63,032 nucleotides of DNA. It comes from a virus (taxonomy: Duplodnaviria > Caudoviricetes). Below are positions 17,979 through 27,056 of this stretch, in pieces. Where the stretch lies: IMG/VR virus record IMGVR_UViG_3300035668_000048, positions 1 through 63,032 of that record. One strand, given 5' to 3'. A model generated the notes under the pieces. It did no database searches, was not told the DNA's origin, and was given only the letters and a program-made list of their open reading frames with translations. The position numbers and the translations under genes are program-made. Within the stretch, counting starts at the first letter, position 1. Each line of letters begins with the position of its first letter.

Positions 17979-18641
17979 CTATCTCCTCGAATATTTACCC
18001 AAAACTCGATGCGCCCATTGCCATTCTTTGCGGGGCATCGAAAAATCTTTCTTGGCCCCTTCGGGCGGGTTGTGCTGTGAAACCAGCCAGCTATCAGGAG
18101 TCGCGCGTCGCAGCTCTTTGATCGATGCTCGCGCTGCGCCTTCGCGTTCGGCATAAAAAATATGGACTTCGTTAGGCTGAAATGGGAGCAGCGGATTTAC
18201 GATCGCTGTCTCGCCGTGACGGTATTCGGGCCACATAGATGTCCCGGTAATTATGAGGCCGTAAGCCTCGCGAATGTTTGATACGATTGATGGTCGCGGA
18301 ATGATCTCAATAGGGTCTGTTGAAAGAATAATTTCGCCTGCGCCACCCTCGGCTGACGCGTACACCTTGAAATCCTCGGCGCCCAAAACCCGATGAATGA
18401 TCGAGCCTGGGGACGGCAGTGGCGGGGCGATACCAGCTAACTCGGGGTCCAGTTCATCCATCGACAAGTCCAGCAGACGCGCGATGGCCGGCAAGACGGA
18501 CGGCATGCGTTTAAAGTCGCCATTTTCGATCCGGCCAATTGTGGACTGGCCGCCGCCAACGGTTTCGGCGACTTCCTCCTGCGAGAGCCCTTTGAGTTCC
18601 CGCGCATTCCGAATCCGAAGGCCAACCTCTTTTGCGTCCAT
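17979..18641 (-). CDS. CI-like repressor (XRE HTH plus S24 peptidase)
   Basis: IRNARELKGLSQEEVAETVGGGQSTIGRIENG; GTSMWP catalytic Ser; SIKEL Lys; true start MDAKE. Confidence 0.92.
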   Translation of the reverse strand: MDAKEVGLRIRNARELKGLSQEEVAETVGGGQSTIGRIENGDFKRMPSVLPAIARLLDLSMDELDPELAGIAPPLPSPGSIIHRVLGAEDFKVYASAEGGAGEIILSTDPIEIIPRPSIVSNIREAYGLIITGTSMWPEYRHGETAIVNPLLPFQPNEVHIFYAEREGAARASIKELRRATPDSWLVSQHNPPEGAKKDFSMPRKEWQWAHRVLGKYSRR

Positions 18642-18650
18642 CCCTATTCT

Positions 18651-18721
18651 GTACCCGGTTACGGGTACGAAGGGGTAATCCCTTTGCGGGTATTGACGGG
18701 TACCCGAATTTGGGTTATTTG
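18651..18721. promoter_or_regulatory. OR operator cluster and PR
   Basis: TACCCGgttaCGGGTA 18652-18667, aatccctttgCGGGTA 18677-18692, TACCCGaatttGGGTt 18701-18716; TTGACG at 18693. Confidence 0.8.
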
Positions 18722-18729
18722 CTATTTCC

Positions 18730-19008
18730 ATGGACGCTCCCGCCAAACTTAATCCGCACGTCAAAGCAGCTATCGATGCCTGCGGCGGAAAGCAGGCGCT
18801 CCTCGCAGAACGGCTTGGCTGCGCCCAGCAGACGGTCAGTAAGCTCCTCTTGGGTGAAATCGAGATCGATCCGACTTGGGCAGTGCGTCTCTCGCGAGCG
18901 GCACCCGGGGCGGTTTCAGCTTTAGCGGCCTGCCCAACGCTGGCGGGCGCCATTCCAACAGCCGACGAGCAAGCTCCCGAACCAGCACTAGATCGGGTGG
19001 GGCCATGA
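18730..19008 (+). CDS. Cro-like transcriptional regulator
   Basis: AIDACGGKQALLAERLGCAQQTVSKLL HTH; divergent from cI. Confidence 0.85.
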   Translation: MDAPAKLNPHVKAAIDACGGKQALLAERLGCAQQTVSKLLLGEIEIDPTWAVRLSRAAPGAVSALAACPTLAGAIPTADEQAPEPALDRVGP

Positions 19009-19316
19009 CCGATCATTCCGGCGAATTCCTCAAGTGCGACACGCCAACTTGCGACCATTTCGAGATGGCGCGGATTTGCGCGGCGAATGTCGGCAAGGCT
19101 TGCCCGAAGTGCGGCGCAAACCTCTTGACGCGTGAAGACTTTGTGAACTTCCGAACCATCCAGGCATCGATGGCGGCGCTGAACGAACTGGCGTTGCTCT
19201 CTAATCCTGACGCGCCGACGGTTCTCATGGCGACACACCTTCACGGCGACCGCCTTCGACGGAAGATCGTCGATTCGGCAGACACCAATCCGTTTCCAAA
19301 TCGGGTGCCCGCATGA
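19005..19316 (+). CDS. Zn-ribbon hypothetical protein
   Basis: CDTPTCDH...CPKCGANLLT. Confidence 0.65.
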   Translation: MTDHSGEFLKCDTPTCDHFEMARICAANVGKACPKCGANLLTREDFVNFRTIQASMAALNELALLSNPDAPTVLMATHLHGDRLRRKIVDSADTNPFPNRVPA

Positions 19317-19882
19317 ACGGCGCCACCGCACTCCACACCCGCGCGCCGTGCGATGAATGCGGCGAGATGCCAGCGACTCGCGAAGGCGAGGGCGGGATCA
19401 TCATTTGCGATCGCTGCGGAGCCGCCAGTCCGCACGTGAACGATAGCGTCGCACACGCTCCAGACCCGCTCGGGGCGCTGCTCGGGGGGATGCTGGCCTG
19501 CCGTCCAATGTGCCTGCGCTGCAAGACGAAGCCCGCGCTATTACGGCTCGCGTCCGGCGTGTTCTGTTCCGAATGTTCCAGTTTCGCCGCAGTCCCCTTC
19601 GGCGAGAACGTGACGGTCGCGGGATTTCCCTCCAGCCCATCCGCTCCTGCGGCCGTCACGATCAATTCGCGCGATGGCTTCGACTCCGAAATCGAAGCCG
19701 CCATCTCTGCACTTGAAATAGGTTGGGGTCGCCGCGCTGAGGCGGACGCTCCGGTATACCTCGGCGCCGATCGCGCCAGCGGTCCTGACATCAGCGCGAA
19801 GTATGACGCGACGTCGGCAAGCTTCGCGGCGATCGATAGCGCTCCGAACGACATTTCTAAATCATCAACAGCGAGCATCTGA
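19313..19882 (+). CDS. Hypothetical Cys-rich protein
   Basis: CDECG and CDRCG; ATGA overlap; C-terminal part doubtful. Confidence 0.4.
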   Translation: MNGATALHTRAPCDECGEMPATREGEGGIIICDRCGAASPHVNDSVAHAPDPLGALLGGMLACRPMCLRCKTKPALLRLASGVFCSECSSFAAVPFGENVTVAGFPSSPSAPAAVTINSRDGFDSEIEAAISALEIGWGRRAEADAPVYLGADRASGPDISAKYDATSASFAAIDSAPNDISKSSTASI

Positions 19883-19885
19883 ACC

Positions 19886-20431
19886 ATGGACGCATCATCG
19901 ACCATGACGAACAGTTTTGCCAAATCGCCGCACGCCCAAAACGGGGAAACATTTCCCCAAATTGGGGAAACTAATTCTCGCGTCATCAACAAATTCAAGG
20001 ACATGTTCGGAGATTCTGCGGCGGTTGTCCTTGGTCGATGGCTCGGTATTTCCGACAAGACGGCAAAGCGAAAATTGCGCGGCGAGCGTCCGCTTACGCT
20101 TGAAGAATATGGAAAGCTGGTGCGCGATACTCGGGGCTTCAGTTTTGTCGAGGCCGTTGCTTCGGACTGTGGCTTTGAATGGTGGCGAATATGCGCGGCG
20201 TTGATGGACGCTGCCGATATCCGTAAGATGCAGATGGCGGCGAAGCGACGTATCGCCAAAACCCTCGAAAGCGCGCTCGATGCCGACCGATCTCTTGCCG
20301 CCGCCATCGCCAGAGCAGACGCCTTGGCTGTACACGACGAGGACCACGCTCGCCCGTATGGTGATGCACTTCGGTCAATGGCTCGGGTATCTGATCGCCC
20401 CGTGGCTCCGTCCAAAGGACGGCCCCGATGA
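19886..20431 (+). CDS. Phage regulatory protein (CII position)
   Basis: LGRWLGISDKTAKRKLRGER HTH-like segment. Confidence 0.65.
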   Translation: MDASSTMTNSFAKSPHAQNGETFPQIGETNSRVINKFKDMFGDSAAVVLGRWLGISDKTAKRKLRGERPLTLEEYGKLVRDTRGFSFVEAVASDCGFEWWRICAALMDAADIRKMQMAAKRRIAKTLESALDADRSLAAAIARADALAVHDEDHARPYGDALRSMARVSDRPVAPSKGRPR

Positions 20432-20712
20432 CGGAAACCAAAAACGCGACTGACATTCTGTGGTGTTGCCACGTTCGCGGTCCGGATGATGTTCACGCCG
20501 CGCCGGATTATGCGACGGCGCTGAAATGGTCCGATCTTGTCAATTCGTGCAATTGGCGCGGCCTGCGTGGGACCACCAAGCCGCCGCTTTCGTGGGACGA
20601 CTGCCTTTTGAAGGCGGCACCCGCGGTGTGGCCATGGACCGCCGAATCTCACGCCGACTCTTTGCCGAAAAGCATAGCTGATTTTGCCATCAAGGCAGAA
20701 CAGCCCGCGTAA
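20428..20712 (+). CDS. Hypothetical phage protein
   Basis: LWCCHVRGPDDVHAAPD...WPWTAESH. Confidence 0.7.
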   Translation: MTETKNATDILWCCHVRGPDDVHAAPDYATALKWSDLVNSCNWRGLRGTTKPPLSWDDCLLKAAPAVWPWTAESHADSLPKSIADFAIKAEQPA

Positions 20713-20802
20713 CCACGTCTCGTTTCGTAAGCGTACCCCTCAGCACTATCCCGCGAGACTGTATTCGCGGGGGAGGGGGAATCACAAAAAGTAGGGAATC
20801 GT

Positions 20803-21189
20803 GTGATGGGGCCATTCGAAAAAAGTTTCTGGTCACCCGAAGAATGGTCCCGCGCGCAAGTTCACTTCGCAGCCGGGAAGACCATCGCTGAAACAGCGCC
20901 GCTGATCGGAAAGACATACAAGCAACTAGCCGGCAAGGTCCTTTGGGAGAGGATGACGGAAGCACAGAAGGTCGCCAGGCGCGCCAGGATCAACGCACGG
21001 CGTCACGCTTCCGGTGAATACAAATCAACACCACGTCCAGATAAGCCCGTCGTCAGACCAAGGGCGTGCCCAAAACAGATCGCAGATCGCGACAGGCGAC
21101 ACACAATTATGCCGCGTGATCTCACTGCGGCTTTCTTTGGCGATCCATTGCCGGGGTACTCGGCATTAGACCAGGAGCGCGCCGTATGA
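20803..21189 (+). CDS. HTH protein with GcrA-like N-terminus
   Basis: WSPEE...AAGKTIAETAPLIGKTYKQLAGKV; C-terminal FFGDPLPGYSALD. Confidence 0.55.
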   Translation: MMGPFEKSFWSPEEWSRAQVHFAAGKTIAETAPLIGKTYKQLAGKVLWERMTEAQKVARRARINARRHASGEYKSTPRPDKPVVRPRACPKQIADRDRRHTIMPRDLTAAFFGDPLPGYSALDQERAV

Positions 21190-21443
21190 AAATCCCGCGC
21201 CAGAAAATCACAGCCGCACAGCAGCACGAATTGTTGCAGGTCTATTTGCACCTCGGTCTGGAGCCGTCTGCCGAACTCTCGCGCGAATATGGCGTGTCAC
21301 CCAACTACGCAATGAGCCACGCGGGCGCGCTCGGCCTCGCGCCGCGGCGAAAACATAGGGGTGGAGGAAGCATTGCAAAGAGGGTCGACCATAGCGATCC
21401 GCGCTGGGCCCGCGCGCTTGCAATCGGAGTCGTGGTCGTATGA
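21186..21443 (+). CDS. Hypothetical protein
   Basis: Operon chain. Confidence 0.55.
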   Translation: MKIPRQKITAAQQHELLQVYLHLGLEPSAELSREYGVSPNYAMSHAGALGLAPRRKHRGGGSIAKRVDHSDPRWARALAIGVVVV

Positions 21444-21501
21444 TCGAGGCGGGCAAAGAAGGCGAACTGGCACTCTATCTCGGCATGTTCGGAGCGCCCG
21501 C

Positions 21502-22279
21502 ATGAGCACCCCCAACCATCGCAGCGCGTCATCCGGGCGCGTCGAACATCTTGCAGATGGCGTCTCATGCTATCTCGGCGACTGCCGGGAGATATTGCCG
21601 ACTCTCGGCAAGGTGGATGCCGTGGTTACTGATCCGCCATATGGGCAGGATTACAAGGTCAACACATTCTATGCGGGTGGCACGCGGGAGAACGCGGTCG
21701 TCCAACGCAACGGTAAAACGCTTGTCGTTTCTCCGACGACTTACGAACCGATCATTGGTGACGATAGGCCATTTGATCCCTCGCATCTGCTCGAGCTAGC
21801 GCCAGAGCTTTTGATTTTTGGCGCGCACAAGTTTGCAGATCGGTTGCCGCCTGGCGGCTGGCTTGTTTGGGACAAGGTGCCTACCGGCAAGGTCCGCGAC
21901 CAAGGTGACGGCGAAGCCGGCATGGCTAAACCGCGATCAGCCGATGCGTATCTTTCGGCTTCTTTGGGACGGCCTCTGCGTCGGCGAGGGCGCTCGCCAT
22001 GAGGTGACTGCAGGACAGAAGCGATTCCATCCTTCGCAAAAACCTGAAGCGTTGATGCTTTGGTGTATGGGCTTCATCAAAGGACAATCAGTCCTCGACC
22101 CCTACATGGGTACAGGGTCGACCGGCGTTGCTGCCGTCAGGCGTGGCAAGGGGTTTGTTGGAATTGAGAAGGTTGAAAAATACTTCGACATCTCATGTCG
22201 GCGCATATCGGACACATTGAAGCGCCCCGATATGTTCATTGAGCAGCCCAAGCCCGTAAAGCAGGAAGCGATGCTGTGA
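21502..22279 (+). pseudogene. N6A/N4C DNA methyltransferase with a frameshift
   Basis: GDCRE and VTDPPYG in one frame, HPSQKP and LDPYMGTGSTG in another; one extra G at ~21919-21920. Confidence 0.85.
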
Positions 22280-22290
22280 GAGCTGAAACC

Positions 22291-22578
22291 TCAATCTGGT
22301 TTTTCGTAAAGGTCGATATCGTCGATCGCGCCTTGTATGAGGTCGCGCAACGCGATCAGCGTATCCTTGGCGCGCAACGCAGATCGACCGGCCATGTACG
22401 GTCCCGCGGGCGGCAAGTCTTCTTGCGCCGCAGCCGTAACGCTGGGGCCTGTCTGGCCTGTACTGATCTCGGCAATGCGCCCGCCGTTGATTCCGAAATA
22501 GGCGGCAATGTCGTGCTGTTTGTCGCCGCGGATCAACATTCCCTTAACGATCGCAATCTCGCCGTCGTTCAACGCCAT
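22291..22578 (-). CDS. Small HTH-like protein inserted antisense in the operon
   Basis: IVKGMLIRGDKQHDIAAYFGINGGRIAEI; GGAGG RBS. Confidence 0.7.
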   Translation of the reverse strand: MALNDGEIAIVKGMLIRGDKQHDIAAYFGINGGRIAEISTGQTGPSVTAAAQEDLPPAGPYMAGRSALRAKDTLIALRDLIQGAIDDIDLYEKPD

Positions 22579-22652
22579 TTCATAGCCTCCCTGCCAAAGT
22601 TGAGTTCCGGGCAGTATGCCACCAACGAGTCCGCCTCGCAAAGGGTGGCGAC

Positions 22653-23675
22653 ATGATCGGCTTGACCCGATATGAGGCGGCCCGCTCTGCGCTCGCGGAC
22701 GCGCGTAGCGTCGACGAGGTTAAGGACATCCACGACAAGGCCGCAGCGATGACGGCCTACGCGCGGATGGCGAAGGACACCCAACTCGAAGCGGACGCTT
22801 CAGAGCTGCGGCTACGCGCCGAGCGCCGGCTGGGAATGATGCTCGCCGAGCAGCGCCGGACGCGCGGGTTGGGCAAGCCTGGGCCGAAGTCGGAATTAAA
22901 TGCCGAAAACGAACTTAATTCTCGGCTCTCGTTAAGTGACATCGGAATCGACAATAAGCTTTCATCTCGCTCTCAAAAGGTAGCCGGCATCGGCGAGCAA
23001 GCCTTTGAGGCTGTGGTCGCTAATGTGCGCCAACGTATCGCCGACCAAAGCGGACGCGTTTCTCTCGATGTGACCGCAGTAGATAAGAAGGCCCGGCGCT
23101 CGGAACGAGAAACCGCACTCGCCGCAGAACAGCGCGCGTTGCCAGATAAAAAGTACGGTGTCATTTACGCGGACCCGGAATGGCAGTTCGAAGTGTACAG
23201 CCGGGACACCGGTATGGACCGCGCGGCCGACAACCACTATCCGACGTCGTCCACGGACTCGATCTGTGCTCGACCGGTGGTCGATATCGCCGCCGATGAT
23301 TGTGCGCTGTTCCTCTGGGCTACAGTCCCGATGCTTCCCGATGCGCTCAAGGTGATGGAGGCTTGGGGCTTCGAGTACAAATCGCATTGCGTATGGGCAA
23401 AGGACCGTATTGGGACCGGCTATTGGTTTCGGAATCAACACGAGCTTTTGCTTGTCGGGACTAGGGGAAAAATTCCAGCTCCTGCGATGGGGACACAAGC
23501 TGAATCATTGGTGGATGCTCCGGTCGGTCGCCATTCGGAAAAGCCGGTCAAGTTCTATGAGTTGATCGAATCCTATTTTCCGAATCTCCCGAAGATCGAA
23601 CTCAATGCACGAGCCGCGCGTCCCGGCTGGGATGCATGGGGATACGAAGCGCCATCGTCGGGGGTTGCGGCATGA
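22653..23675 (+). CDS. MT-A70 family adenine methyltransferase with phage N-terminal extension
   Basis: YGVIYADPEW, LFLWAT, WGFEYKS, HSEKP, IELNAR...GWDAWG. Confidence 0.9.
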   Translation: MIGLTRYEAARSALADARSVDEVKDIHDKAAAMTAYARMAKDTQLEADASELRLRAERRLGMMLAEQRRTRGLGKPGPKSELNAENELNSRLSLSDIGIDNKLSSRSQKVAGIGEQAFEAVVANVRQRIADQSGRVSLDVTAVDKKARRSERETALAAEQRALPDKKYGVIYADPEWQFEVYSRDTGMDRAADNHYPTSSTDSICARPVVDIAADDCALFLWATVPMLPDALKVMEAWGFEYKSHCVWAKDRIGTGYWFRNQHELLLVGTRGKIPAPAMGTQAESLVDAPVGRHSEKPVKFYELIESYFPNLPKIELNARAARPGWDAWGYEAPSSGVAA

Positions 23676-24820
23676 CGATGGGATCGCATCAAACGTCGAT
23701 CGGCATGAGAACCGATATTCTCATAGGCGACAACCGCGCCATTCTACCGACCCTGTCGGCGGCGTCCGTGCACCTGTGTGCGACATCGCCATCATATTAC
23801 AATCACCGTGACTACGGCATGGCGGCGCAGATTGGGCGCGAGCCGTCACCAGATGATTACGTTGCTGAAATGGTTGCGGTGTTCCGCGACGTTCGTCGTG
23901 TACTGCGGGATGACGGTAATCTGTTTCTGAATTTGGGCGATGGCTACGCGACTGCCGGCACTCGACAAGGCAACGCGACGGGAGGACTCGGCGATCGCGA
24001 CGATGCGCACCGATCAGGCTATCGCGCGCTTCCCGAAGGTTACAAGCCTAAAGACCTGATGGGCATCCCATGGCGTGTTGCCTTCGCACTTCAGGCTGAT
24101 GGTTGGTGGCTTCGCGATGCAATCGTTTGGGCAAAGCCCAATGGAATGCCAGGCTCGCAAGAGGACCGCTGTACGTCGTCTTATGAAATGATTTTCCACA
24201 TGTCGAAGTCCGCAAACTATTGGAGCGACTTCGATGCGATCAAGACGCCACCTCGCGAGTCATCGCTAATCAGAACCGCGCAAGACACTCAGGCGCAGGC
24301 GGGCAGCCATCGCGCTAATGGCGGCAGAAAAACCAACGGCCCCATGAAGGCGGTTGGCGTCAATGCGCGCAAGTCAGACAAGCGGCGCGGTCACTCGCGC
24401 CAACACGCGGGCTTCAATGATCGTTGGGATGCGATGGAACGCGCAGAGCAAATGTCGCGTCCTGCGATGATGCGGAACGTCTGGTTCGTCTCCCCGTCAG
24501 GGTATGACGAAGCGCACTTCGCCGTGATGCCGGATGAAATAGCACGACGCTGCATTCTTGCCGGCTGTCCCGAGGGGGGGCATGTCTTAGATCCCTTCGG
24601 CGGCGCCGGCACAACCGGGCTTGTCGCACGGCAATTGAAGCGCAACGCCACCCTGATCGAACTCAATCCCGAATACGCCACTCTCGCCCGCGCACGTATC
24701 GAAGCAGCCTTCATGGGCAAGGAAGAGGGCGCGCGCCACATGGTCAAGCAACTTGGCAAAGACAAGGTGCCGTTCGCTTCGGACTCTCTATTCGGAAAAT
24801 TACAGGAAGCCGCAGAATGA
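23672..24820 (+). CDS. N4C/N6A DNA methyltransferase (beta class)
   Basis: TSPSYY motif IV variant, KPKDLMGIPWRVAFALQADGW, HFAVMP, VLDPFGGAGTT. Confidence 0.88.
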   Translation: MTMGSHQTSIGMRTDILIGDNRAILPTLSAASVHLCATSPSYYNHRDYGMAAQIGREPSPDDYVAEMVAVFRDVRRVLRDDGNLFLNLGDGYATAGTRQGNATGGLGDRDDAHRSGYRALPEGYKPKDLMGIPWRVAFALQADGWWLRDAIVWAKPNGMPGSQEDRCTSSYEMIFHMSKSANYWSDFDAIKTPPRESSLIRTAQDTQAQAGSHRANGGRKTNGPMKAVGVNARKSDKRRGHSRQHAGFNDRWDAMERAEQMSRPAMMRNVWFVSPSGYDEAHFAVMPDEIARRCILAGCPEGGHVLDPFGGAGTTGLVARQLKRNATLIELNPEYATLARARIEAAFMGKEEGARHMVKQLGKDKVPFASDSLFGKLQEAAE

Positions 24821-24851
24821 CAATTTCAAAAGCAAATTCCGGGAGTCGACC

Positions 24852-25682
24852 ATGACGCAGCTACGCGACCTAGCGGAAGGCAAGCGCGATCTTTTGATGT
24901 TCGACCCCCGCAAGATCAAGGTCGATCCCGGCTACAATATCCGCGACCTTTCCACACCGGAGGCGCAAGAGAAATTGCGCGACTTGGCACGATCAATCGG
25001 CTCAATCGGTGTACAGCAGCCGCTCACGGTTCGACTGAAAGGTGACGATGCATACGTGGTCGCCGGCCATCGTCGTCTGGCTGCGGCGTTGATTGCGATC
25101 GAGGGCGGCGCGGAGATCAAGACTGTCCCGTGTATTGCCGAGGCGAAGGGCACAAGCGAGGACGACCGAACCGCAGACCTGATCGTTTCGAATTCGCAGG
25201 ACCCGCTCAAAGCACTGGAAGTAGCGGCCGGTATCAAGCGCCTGATCGGCTTTGGATGGGACAGCGCCAAGATCGCGGAGCGTTGCGGCTGGGGATCGGT
25301 GCAGACCGTCGACAATTATCTGGCGCTACTGTCGGCGCCAGAAGACGTCAAGAGCATGGTCCGGAGCGGCGAAGTCTCGGCGTCGACCGCGCGAGAAGTG
25401 GTCCGAAAGCACGGTGACAAGGCAGGCGAAACACTTGCCAACGCGAAACGCCAAGCCAATAGCGAAGGCAAAACCCGCGTCACCACGGCTCACGTAAAAG
25501 CATCGACGGGAGAATTCCAAGCTACCGCTGGCAACATCAAAGTTATGATCGGCGCACTGGAGTTGATCGCGAAAGATGGCGATGGCGATGCTGCGGAAAT
25601 CGCGCGAGATGCGCTTGAGAAAATCGGCGTTCTGAAAAAGACAAACGGCGCGTCGGCCGGTCATGGGGCAGTGGCGGGATAG
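24852..25682 (+). CDS. ParB/Srx N-terminal domain protein
   Basis: SIGSIGVQQPLTVR...VVAGHRRLAA followed by an HTH. Confidence 0.85.
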   Translation: MTQLRDLAEGKRDLLMFDPRKIKVDPGYNIRDLSTPEAQEKLRDLARSIGSIGVQQPLTVRLKGDDAYVVAGHRRLAAALIAIEGGAEIKTVPCIAEAKGTSEDDRTADLIVSNSQDPLKALEVAAGIKRLIGFGWDSAKIAERCGWGSVQTVDNYLALLSAPEDVKSMVRSGEVSASTAREVVRKHGDKAGETLANAKRQANSEGKTRVTTAHVKASTGEFQATAGNIKVMIGALELIAKDGDGDAAEIARDALEKIGVLKKTNGASAGHGAVAG

Positions 25683-25988
25683 ATGCGAACACCTTTACCA
25701 AATCGTCGGCCGCATGAAACGGTGCGATTCACGCATTGGGATATGCTGTATGTCGCTGGCTTCGGTCGATCACGCGCTAACGCGCCCATAAGTGAGGTTT
25801 TCCTTAACTGTGCGAAGAGTGGAACCCAAGCAGAGACCTTGGCCCGAGATTCCGCGGTGCTGCTGAGCCTCGCCCTTCAGCACGGCACGCCGCTTTCAAC
25901 AATCGCGCATGCGCTGACGCGGAATGCTGACGGCTCGCCGTCCGGTCCGATCGGCACGCTCGTCGACCTTATCGGAGCGTCGGCATGA
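25683..25988 (+). CDS. TSCPD-like domain protein (NrdJ C-terminal-like)
   Basis: LPNRR...EVFL...SLALQHGTPL. Confidence 0.7.
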   Translation: MRTPLPNRRPHETVRFTHWDMLYVAGFGRSRANAPISEVFLNCAKSGTQAETLARDSAVLLSLALQHGTPLSTIAHALTRNADGSPSGPIGTLVDLIGASA

Positions 25989-26278
25989 AGGCCCAGGCAA
26001 TCGCAAAGGCTGCCGCGGCGGCAGTAGCGGGAGCGCGCCATAAAGCCTACGGCGACCCTGCGGCTAGCCTACAGCGCGTCGCTGCGATCTGGAATGGCAT
26101 CCTGACTGCGGCCGGGAAACCGCCCTACCACGCATTAGACGCGCACGACGTAGCCAATCTGATGGAAGGGCTGAAGATCGCCCGCAGGTACACGGGGCCG
26201 TATTGCGTCGATCATTATCTCGACGGATGCGGATGGGCTGCGGTTGCCGGCGAAGTCGGCGCAAAGGTGGAGCGCTGA
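25985..26278 (+). CDS. DUF6378-like protein
   Basis: RHKAYGDP...VA.LM..LKIAR...DHYLDGCGW. Confidence 0.75.
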   Translation: MKAQAIAKAAAAAVAGARHKAYGDPAASLQRVAAIWNGILTAAGKPPYHALDAHDVANLMEGLKIARRYTGPYCVDHYLDGCGWAAVAGEVGAKVER

Positions 26279-26281
26279 GCT

Positions 26282-26464
26282 GTGAAAATCTGGACAGCAA
26301 AAGGTTATCGGAACCTGAGAATTCCAATCACGGACGATTACGATGCGCCCTCACGGGTTGAAAGCGTCCGCCTCGGTCCCGAATCCTTCACCTCCGCAGT
26401 TCCCGACACTGAAGTAATAGAGGTGGCGCGGGCTGCGGATGACCTGGGGCGGGAGGGGTCATGA
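26282..26464 (+). CDS. Hypothetical protein
   Basis: Operon chain. Confidence 0.4.
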   Translation: MKIWTAKGYRNLRIPITDDYDAPSRVESVRLGPESFTSAVPDTEVIEVARAADDLGREGS

Positions 26465-26718
26465 TCAAGCGAGCCCTGACATGGTGGCGTCGCCAGCATC
26501 CGGAAATTCCGGACGAGGTCGATCTGTGCTCAGGCTGCGGTAACCCGCATGACAGGGCCGGACAACGCTATTGCGCAGCCTGTCATCGCGCGCATCAGAA
26601 GAAATATCGCGACAAGCGCGTCTTGGTTCCCGTCAATGACCTGACGGAAGAGCAGCGACAAAAACTCCGCTCGCCGCGCGTTGTTTCACGTGGCGCAAAA
26701 GTTTCAGGTGAAACATGA
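26461..26718 (+). CDS. Small Zn-finger protein
   Basis: CSGCG...YCAACH. Confidence 0.6.
   Translation: MIKRALTWWRRQHPEIPDEVDLCSGCGNPHDRAGQRYCAACHRAHQKKYRDKRVLVPVNDLTEEQRQKLRSPRVVSRGAKVSGET
26682..26715. promoter_or_regulatory. Two tandem parS-like sites
   Basis: TGTTTCACGTGGCGCA (26682-26697) and AGTTTCAGGTGAAACA (26700-26715) versus consensus TGTTTCACGTGAAACA. Confidence 0.55.
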
Positions 26719-26912
26719 GCCTTAAACCCGCCACCGAATCCAACATGCGCGACATCAAGGCTGCTCTGGCTGCGAAATTCGCGGACGCGGCCGGGCGAGA
26801 TGCCGAGCTTAGCTGCGTATGTGAAATGCTTGAAGTTGATGAGGATGCAGCACGCAACCTGATCGCGCAGGGACGGCGGCTGTTGCGGTTGAAGCGGGAG
26901 GTGGTGGCGTGA
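26715..26912 (+). CDS. Hypothetical protein
   Basis: ATGA overlap. Confidence 0.55.
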   Translation: MSLKPATESNMRDIKAALAAKFADAAGRDAELSCVCEMLEVDEDAARNLIAQGRRLLRLKREVVA

Positions 26913-26939
26913 CACGGCCTTTGGATTTTGAATCCACGT

Positions 26940-27027
26940 CTAGCAGCGTGGTTAAGAGCACGAAAATCGAGACCTTCATGGGCGCTCGGTTTCGTGAAAA
27001 CGAACCCTTGTGCTCGGGGCCTGCTAG
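26940..27027 (+). ncRNA. Predicted multibranch structured RNA leader upstream of the RAMP-like gene
   Basis: CTAGCAG/CTGCTAG and GAGCACGA/TTGTGCTC nested stems; GGTTTCGT-GAAA-ACGAACC GNRA hairpin. Confidence 0.5.
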
Positions 27028-27056
27028 CGCCGGGCGCTCATGGAGACTGAAACCAA

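Noticed and set aside
18642-19331. N-terminal 230 aa of the 450-aa ORF 17979-19331
   Set aside because: Runs antisense through the operators and cro; the repressor HTH starts at MDAKE (18641)
19225-20652. 475-aa minus-strand ORF and similar long antisense or shadow ORFs (3785-4867, 42462-43589, 59712-60713)
   Set aside because: They overlap better-supported genes; long shadows are common in high-GC DNA
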